64,000 bases of DNA from Pararobbsia alpina (GCF_965118125.1 NZ_OZ221287.1:423238-487237); one strand, 5' to 3'. Counted from the first letter of the stretch, positions 7,972 through 18,184 are shown. The notes: generated by a model from the letters alone, not told the origin. Program-made: numbers and translations.

Positions 7972-10618
7972 CGTGCCAACTGACGTGCTAACAGACACCA
8001 CTGACACGCGCGATACAAGGACAGAACCGTTGCGTACGCCATTCACAACCAACCGCATCCCACGTCGCATCTCACGGCGCATCCTGCGCTATGTGTCGAC
8101 ACTCGCCGCGCCCGCACTGTTGGTCGGCGTGCTCGCGAGCTGCGCCCAGCCCAATGCGTATCGCGATGGCCAGCAAGCCGTCGCCAATGGCAAGGTCGAC
8201 GAAGGGCTCGCGAAACTTCAGGAGGCGAGCCGTCAGGACCCGAAGGACGCGATTTATCGCTCCACGTTTATCGCCGAGCGGGAAAAAGCCCTGGTCACGT
8301 TCGACGAGCAAGGCGACCGTCTTGCCGCGACCGGCTCACGCGATGCCGCTCGAAAGATGTATGAGCGCGCGCTGGCCATCGAGCCCAACAACGAGCGCGC
8401 CATTGCCGGCATTGCGTCACTCGAGAATGCCGCACGTCTCGACGCGCTGATGAGTCGCGCCGAGGCGTTCGCCGCGCACCAGCAACCCGATGAAGCGCGT
8501 CGGGTGCTCAATACGGTGCTAACAGAGGCGCCTGCCAACCGACGCGCGCTCGCGCTCAAACGCAGGCTCGATATGGACTCGGGCCCAGCGCGTGTCGACG
8601 CCGCGCTGGCCGCCGCCTATCGCAAGCCCATTCGTATCGACTTCAGGGATGCGCCGCTCAAGCAGATCTTCGAAGTCATTTCGCATAGCTCAGGACTGAA
8701 CTTCCTGTTCGACAAGGACGTCAAGACCGACACGCGGACCTCGATCTACCTGAAGAACAGCACGATCGACGCGACTGTGCGCTACGTGCTGGCGACCAAT
8801 CAGCTCGCGCAGCAGGTGCTCGACGAGAACACCGTCCTGATCTATCCGGCGACACCCGCGAAGCAAAAGGACTATCAGGAGCTTGCCGTACGCACGTTCT
8901 TCCTGTCGTACACCGACGCGAAGACCATCGCCAATACGCTCAAGACCATCGTCAAATCGCACGATGTGGTGGCCGACGAAAAGCTCAACGTCGTGATCGT
9001 GCGCGACACACCCGACGCGATCAAGATGGCCGAAAAACTCGTGGCGCTCGAAGACGTGCCCGAGCCCGAAGTCATGCTCGAGGTCGAAGTGCTCGAAGTC
9101 AGCCGGACCAAGCTGCAGAACCTCGGTATCGCGTGGCCGGGCTCGATTTCGGTCACACCGCTTCCAGTCGGCACGTCGATCACCTCGCTGGCATCCGGCG
9201 CAACGAGCGGGGGCACGACCGGCAGCACGACGCTCGGCACGACATCGACCGGCTCGGGCACCTCGCCTGCGCTGACATTGTCGGACCTCGCGCATCAGAC
9301 CTCCCGCACCCTTGGCCTCTCCCAGTTGCAGGCGACGGCCAACGCGAACCTGCAGGATTCGGATGCGAAGCTGCTGACTAACCCGCGCATTCGCGTGCAC
9401 AACCACGAGAAAGCCAAGATCCTGATCGGTGAGCGCGTACCGAACATCACCTCGACGGCGACTTCGACGGGCTTTGTATCGCAGTCCGTGAACTACCTTG
9501 ATATCGGTCTGACGTTGCAGGTCGAGCCGACCATCTTTCTCGACGACACGGTGGGCATCAAGGTCTCGCTTGAAGTCAGCAGTTTGCTGAATACGGTCGC
9601 GGGGACATCGGGCACGACGGCCTATGAAATCGGCACGCGTACCGCGAGCACGGTGCTGCAATTGAAGAACGGTGAGACGGATGTGCTTGCCGGCCTGATC
9701 GACAGCGAAGAGCGCACGTCGGGCAACAAGCTGCCGGGCCTCGGCAACTTGCCGGTGCTCGGGCGTTTGTTCGGCGCGACGACCGACGACGACAAGGATA
9801 CGGAAATCGTGCTGTCGATCACGCCTCACCTCGTGCGCAACATTCAGCGTCCGGATGCCAACCTCGCGTATTTCACGTCGGGCACCGAGTCGAACATGCA
9901 CAGCATGGTTCAGTCGAACGGTTTGCCGGCGGGGTCGACGCCCGGTGTTGCACCTGCTGCGGCGCCATCAAGCAATAGCGCCCATCCTGGCTCGAACGGT
10001 GCGCAGAACGGACTCAACAACGGATTCGGCTCGAATGGCGGTTTGTCGAACAACGGCCTGAACAGTGCGTTTGGCGATAACAGTTCCTACGGATCGAATG
10101 GATCGAACGGCTCAAACAGCTCGTATGGGGGCGGCACAGGGACGAGCTATGCCGGAGACTCAGCGCCCTACGTGGGCGCCGCGGCGGGGGATCCCGGCAC
10201 CGCGCAGATGACCATTGAAGGTCCGCCTTCGGCGAAGATCGGCGACACCGTGTCGGTCGCGATGACCATGCAAGCGGATCAGCCTGTGTCGAGCGTGTCG
10301 TCGACCGTGACTTACGACAGCACCAAGCTGCAATTCATCGGTGCGACCGAGGGGGATTTCCTTCGACAGGGCGGAGCGCCGACGAGCTTCTCGAATCGCG
10401 TCGCACAAGGCGGTCACCTGATTCTCAGCGACACGGCCCAGGGCGGATCGGGCGCGGCATCGCAGGGCACATTTGCCGTGCTGAACTTCAAGGCCGTGGC
10501 GGCCGCATCGCAGACATCGATTCAGGTGCAGCCGGGATCGGTGATCGGCGTAACAGGAGCACCGATCACGATGACGCCGCCATCGGCATACACATTTGGC
10601 GTGGCGGGCTCGCCGTGA
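7961..10618 (+). CDS. gspD: Secretin (GspD/PilQ family) with a fused N-terminal TPR lipoprotein module and a C-terminal cohesin-like domain
   Basis: Lipobox LLVGVLASC, and an alternative GTG start at 8093 would give a normal-length signal peptide. TPR-like helical repeats follow, then N-domains, a secretin core ([21 protein letters not shown]...[11 protein letters not shown]...ITPHLV), a Gly/Ser/Asn-rich linker, and a roughly 130-aa beta-rich C-terminal domain. Confidence 0.8.
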   Translation: MPTDVPTDVLTDTTDTRDTRTEPLRTPFTTNRIPRRISRRILRYVSTLAAPALLVGVLASCAQPNAYRDGQQAVANGKVDEGLAKLQEASRQDPKDAIYRSTFIAEREKALVTFDEQGDRLAATGSRDAARKMYERALAIEPNNERAIAGIASLENAARLDALMSRAEAFAAHQQPDEARRVLNTVLTEAPANRRALALKRRLDMDSGPARVDAALAAAYRKPIRIDFRDAPLKQIFEVISHSSGLNFLFDKDVKTDTRTSIYLKNSTIDATVRYVLATNQLAQQVLDENTVLIYPATPAKQKDYQELAVRTFFLSYTDAKTIANTLKTIVKSHDVVADEKLNVVIVRDTPDAIKMAEKLVALEDVPEPEVMLEVEVLEVSRTKLQNLGIAWPGSISVTPLPVGTSITSLASGATSGGTTGSTTLGTTSTGSGTSPALTLSDLAHQTSRTLGLSQLQATANANLQDSDAKLLTNPRIRVHNHEKAKILIGERVPNITSTATSTGFVSQSVNYLDIGLTLQVEPTIFLDDTVGIKVSLEVSSLLNTVAGTSGTTAYEIGTRTASTVLQLKNGETDVLAGLIDSEERTSGNKLPGLGNLPVLGRLFGATTDDDKDTEIVLSITPHLVRNIQRPDANLAYFTSGTESNMHSMVQSNGLPAGSTPGVAPAAAPSSNSAHPGSNGAQNGLNNGFGSNGGLSNNGLNSAFGDNSSYGSNGSNGSNSSYGGGTGTSYAGDSAPYVGAAAGDPGTAQMTIEGPPSAKIGDTVSVAMTMQADQPVSSVSSTVTYDSTKLQFIGATEGDFLRQGGAPTSFSNRVAQGGHLILSDTAQGGSGAASQGTFAVLNFKAVAAASQTSIQVQPGSVIGVTGAPITMTPPSAYTFGVAGSP

Positions 10619-11097
10619 TGGTTCGGCGCCGGCAGAGCGGATTCACGCTGATCGAGCTGCTCGTGACGCTGGCCATCCTTGGCGTGCTCGCCTCGATGAC
10701 CGTGCCCGTTGCGCAGGTGATGCGACAGCGCGAACGCGAGCAGGAGCTGCGTGAGGCCCTGCACGAGATCCGTCATGCAATCGATGCGTACAAGGTCGCG
10801 AGCAAGGAGGGGCATATCCCGGTAGAAGCCGGCGCAAGCGGATATCCGCCCAAGCTAGAGGTGCTCGTCGATGGCGTGCCGGATCAAAGCGACCCCAAGG
10901 GGCACAAGCTGTACTTCCTTCGCCGCATCCCGCGCGATCCGATGAATAACGATCCGGACCTCAGTGCTGCAGAGACGTGGGGCAAGCGATGCTACGCGAG
11001 CGAGGCCGACGACCCGCAAGAGGGCGACGACGTGTACGACGTTTACACCACGTCGAAAAACGTCGGGCTCAACGGCATTCCTTATCGGAACTGGTGA
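10615..11097 (+). CDS. Minor pseudopilin (GspH/GspJ-like)
   Basis: MMVRRRQSG|[18 protein letters not shown] prepilin motif with Glu5. Translationally coupled on both sides. Confidence 0.7.
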   Translation: MMVRRRQSGFTLIELLVTLAILGVLASMTVPVAQVMRQREREQELREALHEIRHAIDAYKVASKEGHIPVEAGASGYPPKLEVLVDGVPDQSDPKGHKLYFLRRIPRDPMNNDPDLSAAETWGKRCYASEADDPQEGDDVYDVYTTSKNVGLNGIPYRNW

Positions 11098-11624
11098 TGC
11101 GGATCAGAGAACGTTTGAGCCGGACGATGGACGGATTCCTGCGAAGCGGAGGCCGAAGCACGCGGATCGGCGAGCGTGCATGGCGAACGCGAGTTGTCGA
11201 GCGGATCACGGCTCCTTCGGCAGCGCGTGAGGTACTTCGGAAGGATCGACCGGGCCGCGCACGCGGATTCACGTTGATCGAACTCCTGCTCGTGCTGGCC
11301 ATTGTGTCGCTGCTTCTGACGCTGGCGTTGCCGCAGTACTTCCATTCGATCGACGCTTCGAAGGAGAAGGTGCTCGCCGAGAATCTGCTCGTGACGCGCG
11401 ATGCGATCGACAAGTTCTATGGTGACGTGGGGCGCTATCCCGACTCGCTCGATGAGCTCGTCGACAAGCACTACCTGCGGGCGTTGCCGGTCGACCCGAT
11501 CACGGACAGCACGACAACGTGGATCATTGTCGCGCCTGAAGAACAATTCCCGGGCAAGGTCTACGACATCAAGAGCGGCGCCGAAGGCTCAACGCTCGAC
11601 GGGCAGGCGTACGGGGCGCTATGA
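11097..11624 (+). CDS. Minor pseudopilin (GspI-like) with an unusually long N-terminal leader
   Basis: ARG|FTLIELLLVLAIVSLLLT prepilin motif. The only in-frame starts (ATG 11097, TTG 11112, ATG 11127) give 48-58-aa leaders. Confidence 0.6.
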   Translation: MRIRERLSRTMDGFLRSGGRSTRIGERAWRTRVVERITAPSAAREVLRKDRPGRARGFTLIELLLVLAIVSLLLTLALPQYFHSIDASKEKVLAENLLVTRDAIDKFYGDVGRYPDSLDELVDKHYLRALPVDPITDSTTTWIIVAPEEQFPGKVYDIKSGAEGSTLDGQAYGAL

Positions 11625-12466
11625 CTGCGGTCAAATACGCAAGGCGATCGCGTCCGCGGCAAGGCGGCTACGCCTATCTCGCCCTGTTGATCCTGATCGC
11701 GATCATCGGCGTGGCTGCTGCTGCGACGGCTGAGCTCGGCGATGTGTATCAACGCCGGATGGCCGAGAAGGAGTTGCTCTTTGTAGGCGGTGAGTTCCAG
11801 CGCGCCCTGACAAGCTACTCGGCACAGACACCACTCGGGCAGCCGACACAACCGCGCACGCTCGATGACCTCGTGCATGACCCACGCTATCCGAATCCGG
11901 TGCATCACCTGCGAAAGGTCTACGCCGATCCGATGACAGGCAAGGCTGACTGGGTCCTCGTCAAGTCACCGGATGGGCAGACGATCGTTGGCATCCATAG
12001 TGCATCGAAGGCGCATCCGATCCAGGTCGCACAGTTCCCCGATGAGTTTCAAGGCTTCGAAGACCAGCGCAGCTACACGCAATGGATCTTTGTCGCTCGT
12101 CTCACTCAAACCCCCGGACAAAGAACTGCGATCGCGCCACTCACGATCTATCAACCGAACAACGGCAACGGCAACAGCAATGGCGCATCGAACAGCGCGC
12201 CTCAAGGCGGAGGCACCGCCTCGTCTGACAGCACGTTTGGATCCGGTAACGCAGGATCGACGGGAGGCTCGAGCGGCTTCGGTGGAAACGGGACCACGGG
12301 ATATGGCGGGACCGGCGGCTCGGGCTTTGGCCAGAGCGGACCGAATTCATTGGGTGGGGGAAACGGCACGACAGGTTTCGGCGCAGCCGGTAGTTCGTCT
12401 TTCGGAGGATCCGGGGCAAACGGCTTTGGCGGAAACGGCGCTACGAACAGTAGTGATGCGCCTTGA
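11621..12466 (+). CDS. GspK-like minor pseudopilin lacking Glu5, with a Gly/Asn/Ser-rich C-terminal tail
   Basis: RQGGYAYLALLILIAIIGVAAA hydrophobic N-terminus without the conserved Glu. It is the last gene of the cluster and is followed by a terminator. Confidence 0.45.
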   Translation: MTAVKYARRSRPRQGGYAYLALLILIAIIGVAAAATAELGDVYQRRMAEKELLFVGGEFQRALTSYSAQTPLGQPTQPRTLDDLVHDPRYPNPVHHLRKVYADPMTGKADWVLVKSPDGQTIVGIHSASKAHPIQVAQFPDEFQGFEDQRSYTQWIFVARLTQTPGQRTAIAPLTIYQPNNGNGNSNGASNSAPQGGGTASSDSTFGSGNAGSTGGSSGFGGNGTTGYGGTGGSGFGQSGPNSLGGGNGTTGFGAAGSSSFGGSGANGFGGNGATNSSDAP

Positions 12467-12595
12467 TTCGAATCTCAACGCTCGCATTTCGACCCTCGCA
12501 TCTGTACGCGAAACCTATGTTTTTATCGGTTTCGTGTAGAGATAGATCGCGCGTCGGATCTGATCGGCCGTGCCTTGCAATCCGCAGCACCAAAG

Positions 12596-12626
12596 CAAAA
12601 AGCCCAACCGAAGTTGGGCTTTTCAC
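12596..12626 (-). terminator. Bidirectional intrinsic terminator between the T2SS-like cluster and tRNA-Phe
   Basis: AAAAAGCCCAAC-cgaa-GTTGGGCTTTT hairpin flanked by A/T runs on both strands. Confidence 0.5.
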
Positions 12627-12637
12627 ATGATTCTGAA

Positions 12638-12713
12638 TGGTGGCCTGGGGCGGAATCGAACCACCGACACGCGGATTTTCAATCCGCTGCTCTACCAACT
12701 GAGCTACCGGGCC
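12638..12713 (-). tRNA. tRNA-Phe (GAA)
   Basis: The reverse complement gives GGCCCGGTAGCTCAGTTGGTAGAGCAGCGGATTGAAAATCCGC...GGTTCGATTCCGCCCCAGGCCACCA. It is a cloverleaf with anticodon GAA, T-loop TTCGATT and 3' CCA, with one C-A mismatch at acceptor pair 5-68. Confidence 0.85.
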
Positions 12714-12775
12714 ACGCAGAAGCGAAAGTATAGCAGTGGTCTTGTCCGCGTTTCAACCCTTCTGCCAAACTTTTT

Positions 12776-13447
12776 TTACTCGCTCTTGTTCTTGCCCAAA
12801 TCCACGCCGAGTTGCTTGAGCTTGCGATACAGGTGAGTCCGCTCGAGGCCGGTCTTTTCGGCCACGCGCGTCATGCTGCCGTTTTCGCGCGCGAGGTGGT
12901 ACTCGAAGTACGCGCGCTCGAACGCATCACGTGCGTCGCGCAACGGAATATCGAACGAGATCGCGCCCGCGTTGGACGCCGGTGCAGCCGGCGTGGCAGG
13001 CACGCCGTCGATACCCGCCGGGGGCTCGATGCCACCCGGAGCACCAACCGGTGCCGCGGCTGCCGGCATGACCGGCGGCATCGCACCGCGTTCGAGTCCC
13101 TGCTCAACGGCTTTGAGCAGCTTCTGCAGCGTGATCGGCTTCTCGAGAAAGTTGAGTGCGCCGATCTTGGTCGCTTCAACGGCCGTATCGATCGTCGCGT
13201 GCCCCGACATCATGATCACGGGCATCTTCAACTGGCCTTGAGCGGCCCATTCCTTCAGCAAGGACACGCCGTCCGTGTCAGGCATCCAGATATCGAGCAA
13301 TACGAGATCCGGCGTCTGCTGTTCGAAGTAGTCACGCGCAGCCTGCGCGTTCTCGGCGACGTCGACCGCATGGCCCTCGTCGCTGAGGATCTCCGACAGC
13401 AACTCGCGGATGCCCATTTCATCGTCTACCACGAGGATGGTTGCCAT
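12776..13447 (-). CDS. Two-component response regulator, REC plus Fis-type HTH (NtrX-like, no AAA+ domain)
   Basis: MATILVVDDE...LLDIWMPDTDG receiver domain, an Ala/Pro-rich linker, and a C-terminal Fis-family HTH. It is paired with the upstream kinase. Confidence 0.8.
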   Translation of the reverse strand: MATILVVDDEMGIRELLSEILSDEGHAVDVAENAQAARDYFEQQTPDLVLLDIWMPDTDGVSLLKEWAAQGQLKMPVIMMSGHATIDTAVEATKIGALNFLEKPITLQKLLKAVEQGLERGAMPPVMPAAAAPVGAPGGIEPPAGIDGVPATPAAPASNAGAISFDIPLRDARDAFERAYFEYHLARENGSMTRVAEKTGLERTHLYRKLKQLGVDLGKNKSE

Positions 13448-15826
13448 TTACTCTACCTTTGTATGCGCTGTTGCTTTTGTTTGCGGCGTCGCTGTGTCTT
13501 CCGCCAGCTCTAGAAACAGGATCGAAACCTGCGCACCGGCGATCGATCCATCGCCTGCCTTGGTCCGGTTGCGAATGTCGATTCGCGCACCGTGCTCATC
13601 GACAATCTTCTTGACCGTCGCAAGCCCAAGGCCCGTTCCCTTCGCCTTCGTCGTTACGTAAGGCTCGAATGCCCGGGTCAGGATCCTTGCGGGGAAGCCC
13701 GAGCCATTGTCGGAGACCGATAGCCGTACCGACTGCCGGCTATGTCCATGTGCATCGGGGTCTCCGTATTCTACTGTTCGCGTTTCGAGCAACACACGCG
13801 GCACCGCAACTTCAGCTACGGCATCCAGTGCGTTCTGCAGCAGGTTGTGGATCACCTGGCGCAATTGCGTCGCATCGCCGCGAATGATCGGCAATGGCAT
13901 CAGCTCGATCTTGAGCGGACCCTTGCCATCTTCGATGCCGTACAACGTGAGCACTTCCGCAACGAGATCGTTGAGCTGCAGATTTTGCAGCACCGCAGGC
14001 GGTGTGCGCGCATATTCGCGGAAGTCATCAACCATGCGCTTCATCGCAGCGACCTGATTCACGATCGTCGTCGCACCGCGTCGCAACACCTCTGCATCTG
14101 GCGCTGCGAGCTTGTCGGTCAGCTTCATCTGCAGTCGCTCGGCCGACAACTGAATCGGTGTCAGGGGATTCTTGATCTCGTGAGCCAGCCGGCGGGCGAC
14201 TTCACCCCATGCCACCGAGCGCTGTGCCGAGATCACGTCAGAGATGTCGTCGAACACAATCACGTAGCCATCCGTCGCTGCAACGTCTTCATGCTCGCCG
14301 CCGTTGACATGCGTCGTTGCGCGAAGCAGCGGTGCGCCGCGCACGAGCAAGGTCAGCGGATCGGTTTCGCCGGGCACGGGCACTTCCAGCTGCTGTTGCC
14401 AATGACCGCGACGCTCACCCATCTCCGGACCTGCGGTCGCCTGGCTGTCCGCGAACGCCTTGCGCACCATCGCGCCGAGTTCCTTGAGCACCACGATCCG
14501 GTCGAGCGGCTGATTGAGCTCGCCCTCGAACGGCTGACGGAAGATGCGTTCGGCACCGGCATTCGCCGTCGTCAAACGGAACTGTCGGTCAAAGACGAAC
14601 ACACCCGCGGTCAGATTGGCCAGGATGCTCTCGAGATAGGCCTTCGATTGTTCGAGTGCCGTTCGATTGCGCTCGACCGCGACTCGCGCTTCGGACAGCT
14701 GTCGCGTCATGGCGTTGAACGATTGCGTCAGGAAGCCAAGCTCGTCGTTCGAATTGATTTCGCGCTTCGGTGTGTAGTCGCCGCGTGCGATCTCCTTGGT
14801 CCCTTCAGCGAGCAGGAACAACGGCCGTGCCAGCTGATTACCCAACGCAAGTGCGAGCAGCATCGCGATGAACGTCGCGAGGAACAGCGCGAGCGTCAGC
14901 GTGCCGATGTACATCTTGCGCAACCCCGTTCGGCCCAGCGCTTTTTCCGAGTACTCGCGGTATGCACGCTGAACGGCTTCGGCGTTCTGGGCAAGCGAGG
15001 GCTGAACCGGTTGGGTCACCTGCAGGAAGCGGTCTTCCGTCCGGAGCCCTGTGGTCAGTCCGCCCGGTATTCGCACGACAACGCGTAGCTGAAGCGGCGC
15101 GCTTTTCGTGGGTGTCGCTTGTTGGGCCTGGCTTGCCGAGAGCGAGGTGTCGGTGTCGAGCTCGCCCTCGACCGCGGCATAGCCGCGGCCGCGCGCCTGC
15201 TGGAGCATCAGGTTCGACGGCATGTCCGGCATCAGTGTCGCGAAGTTCGACGACGCTTGCGCAATGACGTTGCGCTTGTCGTCGAGAATCGTCGCGTCGT
15301 GAACACCGTACTGGTCGCGCAGGCGCAGCAGCGTGAGCGTCGACTGATCGTTGTCGTTGCCGAGCTGATCGGCCATCAGATGGGCCTTGTTCTGCAAGTC
15401 GGCGAGCGCGTTGTCCAGCATGCCGCGACCCAGGTTCAGCCCGGACTCGAGCGCGGTTTCCACATTGATGTCGAACCACGACTCGATGCTTCGCGACACG
15501 AATTGCAGCGAGACCAGGTAGATGATGCCGCCCGGCAGCACGCCGACAAGCGCAAAGAAGATCGCCAGCTTCGCAAGCAATCGCGTGCCGAAGCGACCCT
15601 GGCGCAGCCGCGCATAGATGATCCAGACAAGGCCGCCGATGATCAGCAGGAACACAATGGCGATCGCGACATTCGCCGCATACAGCCACGAGTAATAGCG
15701 ATCGAAGAAGTCCGTGTTCGCGCTCGCGAGCGCAAGCAGCACCAGCAACAGCAGCGCCGTGACGGCGACCGTCGACAGCAGCAGGCGGGTCAGGAAGCTC
15801 TTGAGGCTCGCGTTACTGTTTGCCAT
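13448..15826 (-). CDS. Sensor histidine kinase (NtrY-like: multi-TM N-terminus, HAMP, PAS, HisKA, HATPase)
   Basis: Several N-terminal TM helices, a HAMP region, H-box HEIKNPLTPIQLSAERL, and N/G1/G2 boxes (DNGSGF, GTGLGLA). Confidence 0.8.
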   Translation of the reverse strand: MANSNASLKSFLTRLLLSTVAVTALLLLVLLALASANTDFFDRYYSWLYAANVAIAIVFLLIIGGLVWIIYARLRQGRFGTRLLAKLAIFFALVGVLPGGIIYLVSLQFVSRSIESWFDINVETALESGLNLGRGMLDNALADLQNKAHLMADQLGNDNDQSTLTLLRLRDQYGVHDATILDDKRNVIAQASSNFATLMPDMPSNLMLQQARGRGYAAVEGELDTDTSLSASQAQQATPTKSAPLQLRVVVRIPGGLTTGLRTEDRFLQVTQPVQPSLAQNAEAVQRAYREYSEKALGRTGLRKMYIGTLTLALFLATFIAMLLALALGNQLARPLFLLAEGTKEIARGDYTPKREINSNDELGFLTQSFNAMTRQLSEARVAVERNRTALEQSKAYLESILANLTAGVFVFDRQFRLTTANAGAERIFRQPFEGELNQPLDRIVVLKELGAMVRKAFADSQATAGPEMGERRGHWQQQLEVPVPGETDPLTLLVRGAPLLRATTHVNGGEHEDVAATDGYVIVFDDISDVISAQRSVAWGEVARRLAHEIKNPLTPIQLSAERLQMKLTDKLAAPDAEVLRRGATTIVNQVAAMKRMVDDFREYARTPPAVLQNLQLNDLVAEVLTLYGIEDGKGPLKIELMPLPIIRGDATQLRQVIHNLLQNALDAVAEVAVPRVLLETRTVEYGDPDAHGHSRQSVRLSVSDNGSGFPARILTRAFEPYVTTKAKGTGLGLATVKKIVDEHGARIDIRNRTKAGDGSIAGAQVSILFLELAEDTATPQTKATAHTKVE

Positions 15827-16406
15827 GGTCGCTCACAGTAAAGGAGAAGCGCTTCCAGTCCGAAGCAAGATTCCAGTCGCGGTTGTTGACCGCGTCGATC
15901 TGGAACGGCTTGGGCATCAGCGCAACGTCGAGTTGCATGCGTACGGATGCCTGATAAATGGTGTCGTTCGACACTTCGTTGCGATCGATGACGTGCCACG
16001 ACGTCACGTGCTGGACCACGGCCAAGGCATCCTTGAGACTCGGGAATGCGAGCTGAAGCCCGCTTCCGGTCGATACCCGGTATTCACGTGTCAGTGGCTG
16101 GAACGAGAGGCGAATGCTTTGCTGGGTCCGCACGGTCTCTTCGTCGAACCAGTACCAGCGCCCGCGCGTGAGCACGAACTCGGTTGTGAAATAGAGCGGG
16201 ATACCTTTGTTGACCGCGTCTTCGAGGCTGCTATTGAGGTCGAACGAGAAGCGCGCGTCGAGACTCCATCCCGTGGCGCCGTCGGCCTCGAGCGATGCGC
16301 GCTCGACGGCAATCGTATCGGCCCGCGCGACATTGGCCATCCACATCGCGAGCACGATGCAGCACAGCCCAAGCCAACGCAGCGGGGAAAGACGTAAGCG
16401 AATCAC
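15813..16406 (-). CDS. DUF4390-family periplasmic protein
   Basis: Signal peptide, and a conserved position between rsmB and the ntrY-like kinase with overlapping starts and stops. Confidence 0.55.
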   Translation of the reverse strand: MIRLRLSPLRWLGLCCIVLAMWMANVARADTIAVERASLEADGATGWSLDARFSFDLNSSLEDAVNKGIPLYFTTEFVLTRGRWYWFDEETVRTQQSIRLSFQPLTREYRVSTGSGLQLAFPSLKDALAVVQHVTSWHVIDRNEVSNDTIYQASVRMQLDVALMPKPFQIDAVNNRDWNLASDWKRFSFTVSDHGKQ

Positions 16407-17806
16407 CGTTTCTGAAAGCGCGCGTAGAAGAATCCGTCGTGATTGAACCCCGAACCAGACATCGCGTGACTGGCCGGACCGACTCCGGTGATCGAGGGAA
16501 GCAACTGGCCCGGCGCGCCCAATCGTACCGCATCTGGCTGAGCCGATTCAAACCAACGGGCTTGCGCCTCGCCTTCATCGGGGAAGATCGAGCACGTCAC
16601 ATAGAGCAACTCGCCGCCTGGCGCGAGCGTTTTCCAGAGCGCGGGCAGGATCCTGCGCTGTTCGGCCGCCAGCGCTGCGATGTCGGATTCGCGGCGCAAC
16701 CAGCGAATGTCCGGGTGACGCCGCACGATGCCCGAGGCCGAACAGGGTACATCAGCGAGGATCCGGTCGAACGGGCGCCCGTCCCACCATGTGTCGGGGT
16801 CGGCGGCGTCGCCGATCTTCACCGTTGCTTCGAGTTTGAGGCGTTGCAGGTTTTCGCCGATGCGCGGCGCGCGGTCGGCGCTCGACTCGACGGCGACCAG
16901 GTCGAGCGTCGCATGTTCGAGAAGGTGACCGGTCTTGCCGCCGGGCGCCGCGCAGGCGTCGAGCACACGCATGCCGTCCTTCGCATCGAGGAGCAGTGCC
17001 GCGCGCTGTGCCCCGCTGTCCTGGACGGAGACGTCGCCGTCGAAGAAGCCCGGCAGACGGTCGACGGGCACGGCCCGATCGAGCACGATCGCATCGGGCG
17101 CGTCGGCACCTGCGAGGCTCGCGGCGATACCCGCCTCATCGAGGCGCACCTTGTAGGCGGCCGCGGTGGTCTTGCGACGATTGACGCGCAAGGTGAGCGG
17201 TGCACGGTTGTTGCCCGCTTCGAGGATCGCCTGCCATTGATCGGGCCACGCGGCTCGAACCCGGTCGATCCACCACTGCGGGTAGTTCCACTGAGCGGAT
17301 TCGGCCTTGCGGACCTTCACTAACAGCGCGTCGCGCTCGCGGAGGAAACGGCGCAGTACCGCGTTGACGAGTCCCTTGGCAAAAGCGATCTCGCGGCGCG
17401 CTGCGACGGCGTTGACGGCCTGATCGACGATCGTGAACTCGGTGTAGGCGTGGGCGACAGCCGGCTCGACCTGCGCCGATCCATCCGCGCTGTGTTCATG
17501 ACCGTCGAGCATCAGGGCGAGCGAGCAGGTCAAAATGCCGTGCACGTGCTCCGGCGGAGCCTTCTGCATCATCGTCGCGATCAGCGCATCGGCCGTCGCC
17601 AGCACGCGCATGGAGCGATACGCGATGTCCTGGATCGCCCCGCGGGCGGGCGCGACCTTATCCGAACGGGTGATTTCAACGATGGCGGCCGGCAACGACG
17701 TGCCCGTGCGCACGGCGTTGACCGCTTGAGCGGCCGCATCGAGTGCGAAGCCGAGCGAGTCAGGGGCGAGATGTAGGGCAGAGAGGCGCTTGCGCAAATT
17801 CGACAA
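16403..17806 (-). CDS. rsmB: 16S rRNA (cytosine967-C5)-methyltransferase RsmB/Sun
   Basis: NusB-like N-domain, SAM-binding motif VLDACAAPGGKT and catalytic PCS motif (DVPCSASG). Conserved fmt-rsmB synteny. Confidence 0.85.
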   Translation of the reverse strand: MSNLRKRLSALHLAPDSLGFALDAAAQAVNAVRTGTSLPAAIVEITRSDKVAPARGAIQDIAYRSMRVLATADALIATMMQKAPPEHVHGILTCSLALMLDGHEHSADGSAQVEPAVAHAYTEFTIVDQAVNAVAARREIAFAKGLVNAVLRRFLRERDALLVKVRKAESAQWNYPQWWIDRVRAAWPDQWQAILEAGNNRAPLTLRVNRRKTTAAAYKVRLDEAGIAASLAGADAPDAIVLDRAVPVDRLPGFFDGDVSVQDSGAQRAALLLDAKDGMRVLDACAAPGGKTGHLLEHATLDLVAVESSADRAPRIGENLQRLKLEATVKIGDAADPDTWWDGRPFDRILADVPCSASGIVRRHPDIRWLRRESDIAALAAEQRRILPALWKTLAPGGELLYVTCSIFPDEGEAQARWFESAQPDAVRLGAPGQLLPSITGVGPASHAMSGSGFNHDGFFYARFQKR

Positions 17807-18184
17807 CCGGTAGAGCTCGCGGACAGGCCATCAACCCGGATTCAGGGTGGCCACGCGCGGCAATATGCAAAAAGCCGGCGCCCCGGATGGGCCGCCGGCA
17901 GGTTGGGTATTGTAGCGTGCGCGGTTGAAGCCAGAGGTCCTTGCCGGCGACGGCGTGGCGCACGGCTTATCAGGCAACGCACATAGCGTCGAATCCTCTG
18001 CCCATGGCCGGAAGATTTCACCTTGAGCTCGCGTCAAGCCGCGATGTCGACGGCCTGCGCGTAGGGCTCTGAGGTCGTCGCGGTCCGCGGGCGCCATTGC
18101 CGTCAGGTCATTTCCATCTGCCGCGAGATACGTTCCTCCGTGCTCGCGTGACAAGCGGCCCGATCGATGGCCTTTCAGTAGGGC

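Noticed and set aside
12441-12698. 85-aa minus-strand ORF
   Set aside because: Overlaps tRNA-Phe and its terminator, with no RBS.
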